Positions 27,519 to 37,961 are shown, counted from the first letter of the stretch. The stretch: 64,000 nucleotides of DNA from an uncultured delta proteobacterium (GCA_963789395.1 CAWBKP010000012.1:192001-256000); one strand, 5' to 3'. Notes: generated from the letters alone by a model not told the origin. Translations and numbers: made by a program.

Positions 27519-28948
27519 TGCTGCTCCACGATGGAAATTCCGATATTTCCGACGGCACCCAGAATCTCCATCTGTTTCTCGGAATTACCTTGACCAAGGC
27601 TGATATGGGTGACATCCGCCGGAACCTGGTTCATCAACGAGTCCACCGTTATCCACCTTCCCAGAAAAACCGAGTTCCAGGCGTGATAATAAAAACGCCC
27701 TTGAAGATGCACCAGACCGACTTCGATACGGGCCGGAATTCCCGCAGCCCTTGCAAAAGCCGCAAACAGTACCGCATGTTCATTGCAGTCTCCCATGCGG
27801 TTCTCAAAGGTTTCCAGGGCATTGGACATCGAAAGCACCGGGCGTTTTTCGATATTCTGATACATCCATCCGGAGATTTTTTGTATTCGTAACAGCGGCG
27901 TGTCATTTTCAGAGATAATTTCCCATAGCTGTTCTGCTATTTTGGGGTGATCCGACTGAATGAGCACCTCAGGCTTCAGAAACTCGGCAGGTTCGGTAAA
28001 ATAATGTTCAGAAAGCCCGGAAAGCACTTCTCTGGAAACAATCAGCATGCCGCTGTCAAAATGCTGTCTTTCGGTGTCCGCGATCTCTACGCCGGTAATC
28101 GTTAAAGCCAGCCGGTTCAGTTTATCAGGATCCGCTATCGCCCGATCCGCCGGAACGGAAACCAGCCGGGTCAGATCTTCTCCGGCAGCAAGACCCGAAT
28201 CCGTTGCTTCTTCAGCCGATATTTTTTTAAAGGTAATGCCCATCACCCCTTCTTCCCGGAGCACGCTGCCGTTCGAATCAATCCATGCGGTCTGACGGCT
28301 TCCCAAAACCTCAACCGATAGCTTGCGGGAATCCTGCCATCCCCCCATGATTTCGATCCGCTCCAAACCCAAAGACAGGATTCTGACCGGCTGCGGTCTC
28401 ATTGTCAAGGGGTCGAAGATCGAGAAAGTCAGGGACTGGTTTTCGGAAAGACCGGCTCTGCCTGCTGCATCCCATAGCACAGCGGACAGATAGATTGGCG
28501 TCTGCAATGAAATGCTAAGGGGGCGGCCATTGGCGTCAAGAACAAGAACACCTTCCTGAATTTTCCCGCTGACGGTAAACCGGAATAAACCGGATGCAAT
28601 TTCAGCGCGGAATGACGCCAAAGAATAATCAGGGTTCAGAGACCCTGTCGTCTGAAGATGGATGTCCTGAACCATTCCCATGGTGTTCAGCCGCATCACC
28701 GTTGTTTCAGAAATCGAAACACCTTCAGCCGTGGGCGTGAGCTTCCGGTGAGACACCCCGATTTTCGCGGATTTCTGGTAAACCCCCATCCAGGTTTCGG
28801 ATTCCTGAATCGCGTCTTTGGCAATGCTGACGGGTACTTGAGGCGATTCAAACCAGCCCATGCGAGCGGCCAGAAGGGCCATGAAGATCACCCCGCTCAC
28901 AAATGTTGCCATCACCGGCAACGATATGGTTTTGAAGTTGATTTTCAT
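27515..28948 (-). CDS. Membrane-anchored transglutaminase-like protein
   Basis: N-terminal TM; GDCNEHA, YHAW, WITVD Cys-His-Asp triad. Confidence 0.85.
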   Translation of the reverse strand: MKINFKTISLPVMATFVSGVIFMALLAARMGWFESPQVPVSIAKDAIQESETWMGVYQKSAKIGVSHRKLTPTAEGVSISETTVMRLNTMGMVQDIHLQTTGSLNPDYSLASFRAEIASGLFRFTVSGKIQEGVLVLDANGRPLSISLQTPIYLSAVLWDAAGRAGLSENQSLTFSIFDPLTMRPQPVRILSLGLERIEIMGGWQDSRKLSVEVLGSRQTAWIDSNGSVLREEGVMGITFKKISAEEATDSGLAAGEDLTRLVSVPADRAIADPDKLNRLALTITGVEIADTERQHFDSGMLIVSREVLSGLSEHYFTEPAEFLKPEVLIQSDHPKIAEQLWEIISENDTPLLRIQKISGWMYQNIEKRPVLSMSNALETFENRMGDCNEHAVLFAAFARAAGIPARIEVGLVHLQGRFYYHAWNSVFLGRWITVDSLMNQVPADVTHISLGQGNSEKQMEILGAVGNIGISIVEQQ

Positions 28949-29050
28949 TTATTTTTTTATCTTCAATGGCTTTCTGATATTCATAATTGAAACGGTAGTC
29001 CTTGGTCAGGACTTTTCAACAACGATTCCCATTTTGGTTGATATCCTGAT

Positions 29051-29316
29051 TCAGCATTGCTCTGGCTGCATCAGCCTTTCTGGCCCGAAGGATATATATC
29101 CTGGTTGTACACCTCGCTCCATGCCGATTCGCACAACCTTGATCCCGAATTCGTTCGGTTTGATATAAACAAAAAACAGATGAAACGCGACAACCAGCCC
29201 GATAAGCAGCCCCAAAGCGTATTTATACTTTTTGGACCGGACAAATCGAACTGAATCCGCGTGCTTTTCAGACGATTGACAAGGGCGATGACATTGGCTG
29301 GAGGAGATGTTTCCAT
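29051..29316 (-). pseudogene. Remnant resembling the N-terminus of an SPFH/band-7 membrane protein
   Basis: ATG with aggag RBS; after a frameshift near 29235 reads KYALGLLIGLVVAFHLFFVYIKPNEFGIKVVRIGMERGVQ and then stops early. Confidence 0.45.
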
Positions 29317-29453
29317 ACAGATAAACTCCTTATAGTGTTTATTGACACGCTATCACAGAAAGATTGAAGTCTGGATGGTGTTTCAAGTACTTTCTCGGTT
29401 TTCCATTCTCACGTCCTGCTTGAGTGAGAATAAAAGGAATGTTATAGGTAGTT

Positions 29454-29477
29454 CCTGAACGGAAAGTCCGTTCTTTT
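29454..29477 (+). repeat. Hairpin of the GCCTGAACGG...CCGTTC family (partial copy)
   Basis: cctgaacggaaagtccgttctttt. Confidence 0.5.
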
Positions 29478-29541
29478 ACGCTTAATCCGTAAGGCTCGCA
29501 TGAGTCAACAGAATTTTCAGTTTTACCCCGGAGTAATGAAT

Positions 29542-30336
29542 ATGATTGGAATACTCGGTACTGGATTGGACAGTATGATCGTGACGCAGAAGGTAAGAGA
29601 GAAAATACCCGGCGTTGATGTGGTGTGTTTCGGCGACAATCTGAGTTTGTTACCTGCAGCCGCATGCAATCCGGACCAAATGACGAAAAATGCCGTTCAA
29701 GATGCGGCGTTTCTGGCCGGGATCGGCGCAAGGCTGATCCTGATTGCCTCCCATACGATTTCCTGTATTGCCGGAGGCGCAATCACGTCAGAATTCCCGG
29801 ATGTTCCGGTTCTGGACATTCTCTTGCCGTCGGTCAACCAGGCAATCCGCAAGTCCCGGCACCACCGCATCGGCATTATCGGAAGCCGGACGGTTATCGA
29901 AAGCCGCATCTATCCGGAGAAAATCCGGGAACAATGTCCCGAAGCCTGCATTTATTCCACACCTGCTTCGCTATTGTTTCCCCTTATCGAAGAAGGATGG
30001 CTGAAAAAACCGGCAACCGCCATGATCATCAAAAAATACCTGATTCCCCTGAAGACTCGCCAGATCGACACGCTCATTCTTGCCAGCACCCCCTATGCAC
30101 TGCTCTGCCCCGTGATTCAGCGGAAAATCGGCAAACAGGTCCAGGTAATTGACGGGGCCGATGCACTGGCGCAAGCAGCGGCTGCATATCTGGAAACGCA
30201 TGCGGATACAGCGGCACAGATGGCGCAAACCGGCCAACTGCGGGTGATCTTGTCAAGGCCTTCACCGTTTCTGGAAAAACAGGCCCGGGACATTCTGAAC
30301 ATCCGGGTTGTCGAAACCGCGAAGCTGTCCTGTTGA
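29542..30336 (+). CDS. Glutamate racemase (MurI)-like protein lacking both catalytic cysteines
   Basis: MurI-like scaffold (IGIIGS, PLIEEGW, IDTLIL) but ACNT is ASHT and GCTHY is ASTPY. Confidence 0.8.
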   Translation: MIGILGTGLDSMIVTQKVREKIPGVDVVCFGDNLSLLPAAACNPDQMTKNAVQDAAFLAGIGARLILIASHTISCIAGGAITSEFPDVPVLDILLPSVNQAIRKSRHHRIGIIGSRTVIESRIYPEKIREQCPEACIYSTPASLLFPLIEEGWLKKPATAMIIKKYLIPLKTRQIDTLILASTPYALLCPVIQRKIGKQVQVIDGADALAQAAAAYLETHADTAAQMAQTGQLRVILSRPSPFLEKQARDILNIRVVETAKLSC

Positions 30337-30400
30337 CCCGCCTGTAATAAATGGTGAGAGCAAGAGAGTGTGCGTGCGAACCGTCTGCGATTTTAAGCGC

Positions 30401-32236
30401 TTACGGTGAACCGGACGCTTTGCGAAATTTATCAAGCTGCTTTTCAAAATAGCTTCGGTCTCCGGTTGCCGAAAGCAGCGCTTTTTCGCCGATATAAACC
30501 GCTTCCTCAGGTTGGCTATTGCGATACAGGCATTCTGCGAACGTATCCAGGATCTGGGAAGAAGGCTTCAGTTCCGCGGCCCTTGCGGCAAGCTGCACGG
30601 CACGGCCGGGGTCGCGGAATGCCTTGTCTTCGCTGGTTGCCAGAATCCAGGCCAGGTTGTTCAGCGCTGAAAAATTATCCGGCTGCAGCATAATCGCCGT
30701 TTCATAGGCATCTTTCGCCATCTCGAATTTTTCGCGGAGCACATAGGTGTCTCCCAGAACATTATAGGAAACCGGATTGCCCGGATTTTTTTCAATTTCC
30801 CTCAGCAGGACCTGCTCAAAAAGATGAGCATTCAGTTTTTTGCCGGTGTCGCCCCAGTTCAGTGTGTACCCCAGCGCACCGATCATCAGGATTCCCGCAA
30901 TATAAATGGCGATGCTTCTACGGATTTTCCGGTCATGCCGGCTGATCCAGGAACGATCGGTTTCGCATTTTCGCAGAAATCCGATTCGTTCTGAAATGCT
31001 GTAATGGTGCCAGTTGGGCTTGTTTGCCGGCTGGCCGCTGGTCATCGCAATTTTCTCCAGGGTTGTGATCAGCGGCGCAGAGCTGTTGAATAGGGTAAAG
31101 ACAAAGGCATCAGCCTGCCGCTCGAAATTTCGCATGAAATAGCCGAATATATAGCGAAAATAGACCAGAAATGAGAGGATGGCGCCCAGACTGAAAAACG
31201 CCGACATTGCGGTTGTCTGCCGCCCCTGAACCTGTTCCATCAGCGGATAGAGCTGCGGAATATAAAGGATGGCGATCAGAATGACATCAAACAGCGCATA
31301 GGAAATGAACATGTATCCGGCAAAGAAAAACAGATAAAACTGAAGGTGTTTTTTACGGACATGACCGATTTCATGCGCCACCACCGCATCGACCTCTTCC
31401 GGGCTGAGATACTCCAGCAAGGCTTCGGTAATCAACAGATAGCGGAAGGGTTTGATCAGCCCCATGACGCCGGCCGTAATCATTCGGCCACCCAGAACCG
31501 GCCAGTACATGATGTTGGCAAATGAAAACCCTGCGCGCCTGCTCAGACTTTCAATTCTCAGCCGGACGGGTCCCGGCTCAAGGGGCCTGCACCGCCAGAT
31601 TTTTTGAATCATTGCCGGCCCGGTAAGCGCCACAGCAAGCAGAAAAACCAGAAAAAACACAATCTGACCCGTGGACGTTGACAGCAGTTGTTTAGGCAAC
31701 TCGAACGGAAGGGCCTGAAGGATGTCTGCAGTGCCGGAAATTACCAGCCACGGCAGCACCACGGGGATACTGAATGAAATTTGCGACGAAACATAGTCAC
31801 GAAGGGAAATACCGCTCCGGTAGAGTTTGTCATACGGAAACCAGGCACAGATCCAGACGATGATCATATACAACAGAAAAAGAGAGAGACAGATCAGGGC
31901 TTCAAGCGTTGGAAAGTTTGATACTAAGGGAAGCCCGGCGGTCAGTGCCGGCAGGTTCAGGCCATAGATGCTGCATGTGAAAAAACCGATTGCCAGAATC
32001 GCGTGACGGGTCATCGTTGCGCTGAACCGGTGATCCAGCTGGATAAAACTATCCCGTCCGACCCGCTTTTCAATGCTGCGGAACTGGATCCGGGTGAATA
32101 CGGCAAAAATCACGATCAGAAACAAGGCCAGAAATGCAGCGTCCATTTCCTGGAAATTGGGCTGATCCGGCGGGTAATACGTCGTGTATATCAGAAGGGC
32201 GATGATCAGATAGATGAAATTTGCAAACACGGTCAA
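30401..32236 (-). CDS. M48 family membrane zinc protease with C-terminal TPR
   Basis: AHEIGH, FERQAD, multiple TM helices, TPR region ALNNLAWILA. Confidence 0.88.
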   Translation of the reverse strand: MTVFANFIYLIIALLIYTTYYPPDQPNFQEMDAAFLALFLIVIFAVFTRIQFRSIEKRVGRDSFIQLDHRFSATMTRHAILAIGFFTCSIYGLNLPALTAGLPLVSNFPTLEALICLSLFLLYMIIVWICAWFPYDKLYRSGISLRDYVSSQISFSIPVVLPWLVISGTADILQALPFELPKQLLSTSTGQIVFFLVFLLAVALTGPAMIQKIWRCRPLEPGPVRLRIESLSRRAGFSFANIMYWPVLGGRMITAGVMGLIKPFRYLLITEALLEYLSPEEVDAVVAHEIGHVRKKHLQFYLFFFAGYMFISYALFDVILIAILYIPQLYPLMEQVQGRQTTAMSAFFSLGAILSFLVYFRYIFGYFMRNFERQADAFVFTLFNSSAPLITTLEKIAMTSGQPANKPNWHHYSISERIGFLRKCETDRSWISRHDRKIRRSIAIYIAGILMIGALGYTLNWGDTGKKLNAHLFEQVLLREIEKNPGNPVSYNVLGDTYVLREKFEMAKDAYETAIMLQPDNFSALNNLAWILATSEDKAFRDPGRAVQLAARAAELKPSSQILDTFAECLYRNSQPEEAVYIGEKALLSATGDRSYFEKQLDKFRKASGSP

Positions 32237-32781
32237 TCTTTCCGGCGGTCAGGGGAGGAATAATAGCGCTCTTTTTCGCTGTAAATGCATCCGCAATACT
32301 GCTGCCGATACAGGCCAAGGCGTTTGGATGTCTCGATGCCGTATTTCCAGCCGCTTCGAAAATCCCGGTAATAAAACAGAATACCGACCGTTTTTCCAAC
32401 GGATTCACCGATCTGGCGGATCATTTCATGATTTTGGAATTTGCTGTATAACAGAGACGATGAAAACGCATCGAATTTTCCGTTCCTGGCCATCCTGGCC
32501 GTGGTCGTCAACCGGTCATGATAACAGATTTCGCACCGGCTGGATTCGCGGAACGCAGCACGCTGCAGAAAACCTTCCAGATCGTATCCGTCCTGAAAGA
32601 TGACCTTTAAATCAATCGATTCGGCAAAGGCGGCCAGCGTTTCCTGACGTCTGAGGCATTCGGTATAGGGATGGATATTGTGGCGGTAATAAAAACCCAT
32701 CACCTCCACACCGTCTTTTCTCAAAGCTTCGATGGGATATAAGGCGCAGGGCGCGCAGCAGGTATGAAGCAGCAGCCTCAC
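32233..32781 (-). CDS. queH: Epoxyqueuosine reductase QueH
   Basis: LLHTCCAPC, NIHP, RCEICY, YRQQYCGCIYS. Confidence 0.92.
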   Translation of the reverse strand: MRLLLHTCCAPCALYPIEALRKDGVEVMGFYYRHNIHPYTECLRRQETLAAFAESIDLKVIFQDGYDLEGFLQRAAFRESSRCEICYHDRLTTTARMARNGKFDAFSSSLLYSKFQNHEMIRQIGESVGKTVGILFYYRDFRSGWKYGIETSKRLGLYRQQYCGCIYSEKERYYSSPDRRKD

Positions 32782-33491
32782 TGACGATCTCCGAAAATCG
32801 CCGTGCCGATTCGAACCAGGGTGGCCCCTTCTTCGATGGCCGCCTCAAAGTCGCCGGTCATTCCCATGGAAAGCTCCTTCAGTTGGATACCATCTATGCC
32901 CAGTTGGTTCAGCGAATCCCGAAGTTTGCAAAGCTCCCTGAAGTACGGTCTAACGGTTTCGGGTTCGTCAAAATACGGCGGAACGGTCATCAACCCCTGC
33001 ACCGAAAGATTGGGAAAGTCGGCAAGGGCTCGTATCAGCGCCTCTGCCGATTCCGCGTCAATCCCGGATTTTGAGGCTTCTTTGCCGATATTGACCTGAA
33101 CCAGAATCTGTTGCACCTTTCCGATTTTCCGGGCTTCCCGATCCAGTTCCGTTGCCAGTCGAAGCGAGTCGACCGTGTGGATGAGATCAAAAAGCGTTAC
33201 GGCATATTTTGACTTGTTGGTTTGAAGATGGCCGATAAAATGCCAGGAAACCGGGTAGTGCGCCAGAGCCCCGCACTTTTCACGTGCTTCCTGAATGTAG
33301 TTTTCCCCGAAAATATCCGCCCCTGCTTGAATCGCCAGCAGAACGGTCTCGGCGCTCATGGTTTTGGTGACACTGACCAGGCGGACATCGCCGGGATTTC
33401 TGCCGCATCGGGCGCAGGTTTCCGCAATTCGCAGATGCACGGCTTTCAGATTCTGGTTGATATCAGGATTCAAACAGCCATTACTCTTCAT
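32778..33491 (-). CDS. yggS: PLP homeostasis protein YggS
   Basis: VSVTK, GENYIQE, WHFIGHLQTNK, LSMGMTGD, VRIGTAIFG. Confidence 0.95.
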   Translation of the reverse strand: MKSNGCLNPDINQNLKAVHLRIAETCARCGRNPGDVRLVSVTKTMSAETVLLAIQAGADIFGENYIQEAREKCGALAHYPVSWHFIGHLQTNKSKYAVTLFDLIHTVDSLRLATELDREARKIGKVQQILVQVNIGKEASKSGIDAESAEALIRALADFPNLSVQGLMTVPPYFDEPETVRPYFRELCKLRDSLNQLGIDGIQLKELSMGMTGDFEAAIEEGATLVRIGTAIFGDRQ

Positions 33492-34119
33492 TTTTCATGC
33501 GAAGCCCTTCCGAGCCGCGAACACCGGGCCGGAATTCAACAATCCCTTCCCGGACAAGGCTCTCCACGACCTCGCATACCGGAAGCCCCACCACATTGCT
33601 GTAAGACCCATAAATATGCTTGATCATGAAAGCGCCCAGACCCTGGGCCGCATACGCTCCGGCCTTGTCAAAGGGCTCGCTCGTGTGGACATACCACTCG
33701 ATTTCCTCCGGCGTCAAGGTCTTAAACCGGACATCGGTAGCTACGACTTCGTCATAGTGGCGGTTTTCCGCAAGACGGCACAGGGAAAATCCGGTCAGCA
33801 CCCGGTGCACCCTGCCGCTCAATGTCGTCAGCATGGAACGGGCTTCGGCTTTGGAAAAGGGTTTGCCGAGAATGGTGTCGTCAACCACCACAATGGTGTC
33901 TGCACCGATCACCCAGCTTTGGGGATATTGCTCCGATATCACCCCGGCTTTGGCTTCAGCCAGGATGCGAACAAAAACTTCAGGATTCGCCTCGGATAAA
34001 GCAGATTCATCAAAGCTGCTGGGGATGACTGTAAATTCCACGCCGGCCTGTTTCAGCAGATACCGCCGGCGTGGCGATTTGGACGCCAGAATGAGAAATG
34101 GATCATCTGTGGGGGTCAT
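33481..34119 (-). CDS. maf: Maf family nucleotide pyrophosphatase
   Basis: LASKSPRR, IGADTIV, GKP, DKAGAY, NVVGLP. Confidence 0.93.
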   Translation of the reverse strand: MTPTDDPFLILASKSPRRRYLLKQAGVEFTVIPSSFDESALSEANPEVFVRILAEAKAGVISEQYPQSWVIGADTIVVVDDTILGKPFSKAEARSMLTTLSGRVHRVLTGFSLCRLAENRHYDEVVATDVRFKTLTPEEIEWYVHTSEPFDKAGAYAAQGLGAFMIKHIYGSYSNVVGLPVCEVVESLVREGIVEFRPGVRGSEGLRMKNEE

Positions 34120-34142
34120 GGAACCATCGATGCGGTCATTCT

Positions 34143-34583
34143 TTACAATTCCAGCTTCTTTCTGAGATTGATAAAATTGCTTCGGTCGAATCCGAGGGTT
34201 TTGAAAAAAGACAGCAAATCCGTCGAATCCCATCGGACCGTCGTATAGATGTCTTTAATACCCTGAAACTTGCAGTACTTGAATCCTTCTTCGGCCAGTC
34301 TTTCGCCGATCCGCTGCCCCATGAACCGGGGATGGACCCCCAACAGGGAAATCCATGCACTGCGTTTAATGCCGAAAAACCCGGAAAGAATGGAGATAAT
34401 CAGATATCCCACCACCTGGCCTTCCCGTTCCGCAACAAAGCTGGCATCTTCGGATCTTCCGGACTGATCCTCGATCATGCGTTTGAAATCATATTCTGTG
34501 GGCACATTGGTAATGGCTGCGCTGATCCGGTTGATGTCATCGGCATCTTCCGGCCTTAATCGTCTGATGATACAATTTTCCAC
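34143..34583 (-). CDS. GNAT family N-acetyltransferase
   Basis: GVHPRFMGQRIG acetyl-CoA motif, FFKTLGF; probable GTG start at 34583 behind aggaga. Confidence 0.85.
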   Translation of the reverse strand: MENCIIRRLRPEDADDINRISAAITNVPTEYDFKRMIEDQSGRSEDASFVAEREGQVVGYLIISILSGFFGIKRSAWISLLGVHPRFMGQRIGERLAEEGFKYCKFQGIKDIYTTVRWDSTDLLSFFKTLGFDRSNFINLRKKLEL

Positions 34584-34608
34584 TGAAGTCTCCTGTAAAA
34601 CGGAATTG

Positions 34609-34800
34609 TCAATCAATTCGAACGATTTTAACATGATGGCCGACCCAGTCTGGCGGCAGATACACCCTTCCGCTATTGCCGCTGGACTTGACTTCTTTTT
34701 CGAGCATTTCTTCACCGAAAATTTCAAACTTCACCTTGCTTCTGGCGGGTTCAGAAGGCGTTTCTTCGTTGTGTGAGCTGGTATCATTCGGCATTATCAA
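34609..34800 (-). CDS. DUF2080-like small protein
   Basis: GEEMLEKEVKSSGNSGRVYLPPDWVGHHVKIVRID. Confidence 0.75.
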   Translation of the reverse strand: MIMPNDTSSHNEETPSEPARSKVKFEIFGEEMLEKEVKSSGNSGRVYLPPDWVGHHVKIVRID

Positions 34801-34916
34801 AACCTTTTATCGAATATTCATGTAGTTAGGCAGAAGTTAGAAAATTTCCATGGTATCCTCAACAGGAAACAGTGAATACGAACCATGAATCGAAATAGCA
34901 TGTTAAATATTCATCG

Positions 34917-35714
34917 TCAAGACGGAGCATACCCTTTGCGGCTCACCTCATCTTTCAGAAACTGAAAAACCTCTGCGCCGGTCAGGGAAGGCTTTTCAGA
35001 GCCGTTCAAAATCTCCAGGTACCCTTCCAGTTTGACGCGGTCGAAACTGCCGATGGCGGAGAGCACCGCAAAAAGCCGGTTGTGCATCAAATTATAACAG
35101 ACAAGGGGGCCGAACACACTTTCACCGGTATCTTTTTGGGAAACCGCCCCGATGATCCGGTGATGATCGGCCTTGAATGCTTTCGGAGCCGGCTGATAGC
35201 CAAGGAGCTCGGCAAACAGATCCAGACATTCCTGAACGCCGTCAGCATAACCATTTTCCAGTGATCCGGCGCCGTCAACGGCAATCGATTCAATATCACC
35301 CGGCGAGAACGACAGATCGAGTCGGGAAATACACGCATGCTGAACCGTTTTGACGGAATCCGCCTTTTTACTGACAACGACATCACCATCATTCAATATT
35401 TTTTTGATATTTCCGATATTGAGCATTTCCTTGACCGTGGGACTTTTTCGCATGGCAATATCGTCAACCGTGGTCTTGTAAAATGGCAGGTCGTTATCCA
35501 GAACCAGAATATGGGTATTCTCGGAACCTTCCGGGGGCAGATAAAGATCCAGATCCCGTTCCCTGTGATGACGATATCCCGCCAATTCAAGAAGCACCCG
35601 AAAAAGCCCCTTGTCAACCTTTTGCTCGCTGCCGGAAGGCCCGATGGTGGCAAGGATTTTTTGAGTCATCCGGTCAATCTGAATTTTATTCAGAAGTTCC
35701 TGTTTAAACCCCAT
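34917..35714 (-). CDS. Hypothetical protein
   Basis: 265-aa ORF with RBS, co-oriented with neighbours; no motif recognised. Confidence 0.7.
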   Translation of the reverse strand: MGFKQELLNKIQIDRMTQKILATIGPSGSEQKVDKGLFRVLLELAGYRHHRERDLDLYLPPEGSENTHILVLDNDLPFYKTTVDDIAMRKSPTVKEMLNIGNIKKILNDGDVVVSKKADSVKTVQHACISRLDLSFSPGDIESIAVDGAGSLENGYADGVQECLDLFAELLGYQPAPKAFKADHHRIIGAVSQKDTGESVFGPLVCYNLMHNRLFAVLSAIGSFDRVKLEGYLEILNGSEKPSLTGAEVFQFLKDEVSRKGYAPS

Positions 35715-35822
35715 GAGCGACCCCTTTCAAAACTAACACCGATAATATTTTCAGCATCGTAACGGTTTAAAACATTTTCGAATAACTTCTGCCTTCCGGC
35801 CTCTGTCGTCTGATGTCAGTCC

Positions 35823-36461
35823 CTATCCCTCATAAATGACTGCCAGAATGGTGGCTTTTCCGGTTTTGGCAGCAATCAGATGCGGGGTTGTGGACAGATA
35901 ATAGACGCTGTCCCCGACTTCCAGCTCAAAAGCATCGCTGCCGATTTTCAGGGACACCACCCCGTCCAGCACATAGATAAACTCTTCCCCTTCGTGAACG
36001 GACATATCCGCATCAGGATTGACTTCCAGTTGCACGATGAGGGATTCCATGTGACGGCCTTTGACTTCCGGCGCCAGGCTTTTGTATAAATAGACGGGCT
36101 TCTGGTCTCTATAGGATGTGGAACGGGAAACGGTTTTCTGTTCGTTTTTCCGTGTCACCGAATAAAGCTTGCTGCCGACCCCGGAAACGATTCTGCCAAA
36201 AGCGCTGTCCAATGCCTTGGACAGTTTAATGATGGTCCCGAGTTGCGGCTGAAACCGGTTGGCTTCAATATCGGAAAGCGCTTCCACTTCAAAGCCGGTC
36301 AGTTTGGAGAGCTCTTGCAGCGAAATGCCTTTTTCTTCCCGGATGGTTTTAATTCTGACGCCGATCTCTTCAACACTGAGCGATGCCGGCGCAGTGATAT
36401 CGCCGGTCAGGTCTTCAAAATAGTCCACGTTAATGTGTGGTTTTTGCACTGCTGTGTCCAT
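35823..36461 (-). CDS. XRE-family HTH regulator with cupin domain
   Basis: IREEKGISLQELS HTH; HEGEEFIYVL, GDSVYY..TPH cupin. Confidence 0.9.
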   Translation of the reverse strand: MDTAVQKPHINVDYFEDLTGDITAPASLSVEEIGVRIKTIREEKGISLQELSKLTGFEVEALSDIEANRFQPQLGTIIKLSKALDSAFGRIVSGVGSKLYSVTRKNEQKTVSRSTSYRDQKPVYLYKSLAPEVKGRHMESLIVQLEVNPDADMSVHEGEEFIYVLDGVVSLKIGSDAFELEVGDSVYYLSTTPHLIAAKTGKATILAVIYEG

Positions 36462-36540
36462 ATTGATCTCCTTAATAAATGATTAGAATTATAGCGAATA
36501 TCAAATAAATTGCACTTAATAGAAAACCTGTTTTCGTCAA

Positions 36541-36600
36541 TAATTCGGAATTCGGATTTCGATATTCGAATTTTGCCTGAACGGTTTTTTCCGTTCAGGC
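36541..36600 (-). repeat. Hairpin plus heptamer-array element overlapping the acyl-CoA dehydrogenase stop
   Basis: Minus strand gcctgaacggaaaaaaccgttcaggc-aaaattcg-aatatcg-aaatccg-aattccg; homologous to 50186-50250. Confidence 0.7.
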
Positions 36601-37751
36601 ACTGTATACCCCTATGTGCCTGGCAATCACCAGCCGCTGAATCTCGGAAGTGCCTTCGCCGATCTCAAGGAGCTTTTGGTCCCGGTAGAACCTTTCTACA
36701 TCAAATTCCTGCATCAGTCCATACCCGCCATGCAGCTGAACGGCATGATTGGCGCAGTTGTGCATGACTTCCGAACAATGGAGTTTGGCCATGGCCGCTT
36801 CCTTTGAAAACGGCATGTCGTTGTCCCGAAGCCAGCAGGCTTTATACAGCAGGAGCCGGGCGCATTCGATTTCAAGGGCCATATCCGCCATCTTGAATGC
36901 ATTCACCTGAAATGAGGCAATGGGTTTGCCAAACTGCTCCCGCTCCTTGCTGTATTTCAACGCCATGTCAAAGCATCCCTGTGCCCCGCCCAGCCCCATG
37001 GCCCCGATGGAAAGCCGTCCGCCATCCAGCGTTTTCATCATCTGGTGAAACCCGTGCCCCCGCTCTCCCAGAAGGTTTTCCCTGGGAACACGGCAGTCTT
37101 CAAAAAACAGGGAGCTTGTGTTGGATGCCCGCCACATCATTTTATCGTGCATTTCATGGGTTACAAACCCTTTTGTTCCGGATTCCACAAGAATGCAGGA
37201 AAGCTCCGGCTTACCATCACTTCGGGTCCCGGTTTTGCAAAGGACGGTAACCCCTGCGCTTACCCTGTAGAGGCATTGGTGATAAATATCTTGCTGCCGT
37301 TAATGACCCATTCATCCCCATCCAGAACGGCAGTGGTTTTGGAATTGGCCGCATCTGAGCCGGCATTGGCTTCGGTCAGCCCGAATCCCCACAGGGCTTC
37401 TCCGCTGCAGAGCTTGGGAAGATATTTATTCTTCTGGTCCTCGTTTCCAAAATAATACAGCGGGCCGATGCCCAGGGAATTTTCCGCCGCAATGGTCGCC
37501 GCGTGGGAGCCGTCCACCCGGGCGATTTCTTCGGTGGCAATGATATAAGACAGATAATCCATTCCCTGTCCGCCGTATTTCTCCGAAACAAACACGCCGA
37601 AAAGACCAAGTTCGGCCATTTTGCGCAGGGTGTCGTACGAAAATTCTTCTTTCTTATCCAGTTCCTTGGCAACCGGTTTAATTTCTTTCTCGGCAAATTT
37701 TCGCACCGAGTCCCTCAGGATCTCGTGATCAACGGAAAGGGTAAAATCCAT
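36595..37751 (-). CDS. Acyl-CoA dehydrogenase, one frameshift near 37263
   Basis: FGLTEANAGSD, NGSKIFITN, then GRLSIGA, REQFGKPI, VQLHGGYG, IGEGTSEIQR. Confidence 0.92.
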
Positions 37752-37961
37752 ACCTTAGCTCCTTGTGATGATGAGAAAAAAATGATAAGAAAAAGGGACG
37801 AGCAGTTCGAGCAACTATTATCCCTTTTCTTTACATGCCAGAGTCAAATAAAGTCAATATTATTCACGCCGAACCGCATCCCTACAAGATCGTTTTATTG
37901 CACGTCTTTGCCCCGGAAGACATGCGCAAAACACAGATTTATCCACACAGGAGAAGCGATC

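Noticed and set aside
34584..34727. Longer 194-aa start for the GNAT gene
   Set aside because: It overlaps the DUF2080-like gene; a GTG with a good RBS at 34583 fits better.
37503..37961. 153-aa N-terminal extension of the second GMC ORF (679 aa in the track)
   Set aside because: It overlaps the opposite-strand acyl-CoA dehydrogenase; paralog alignment and the RBS place the start at 37962.
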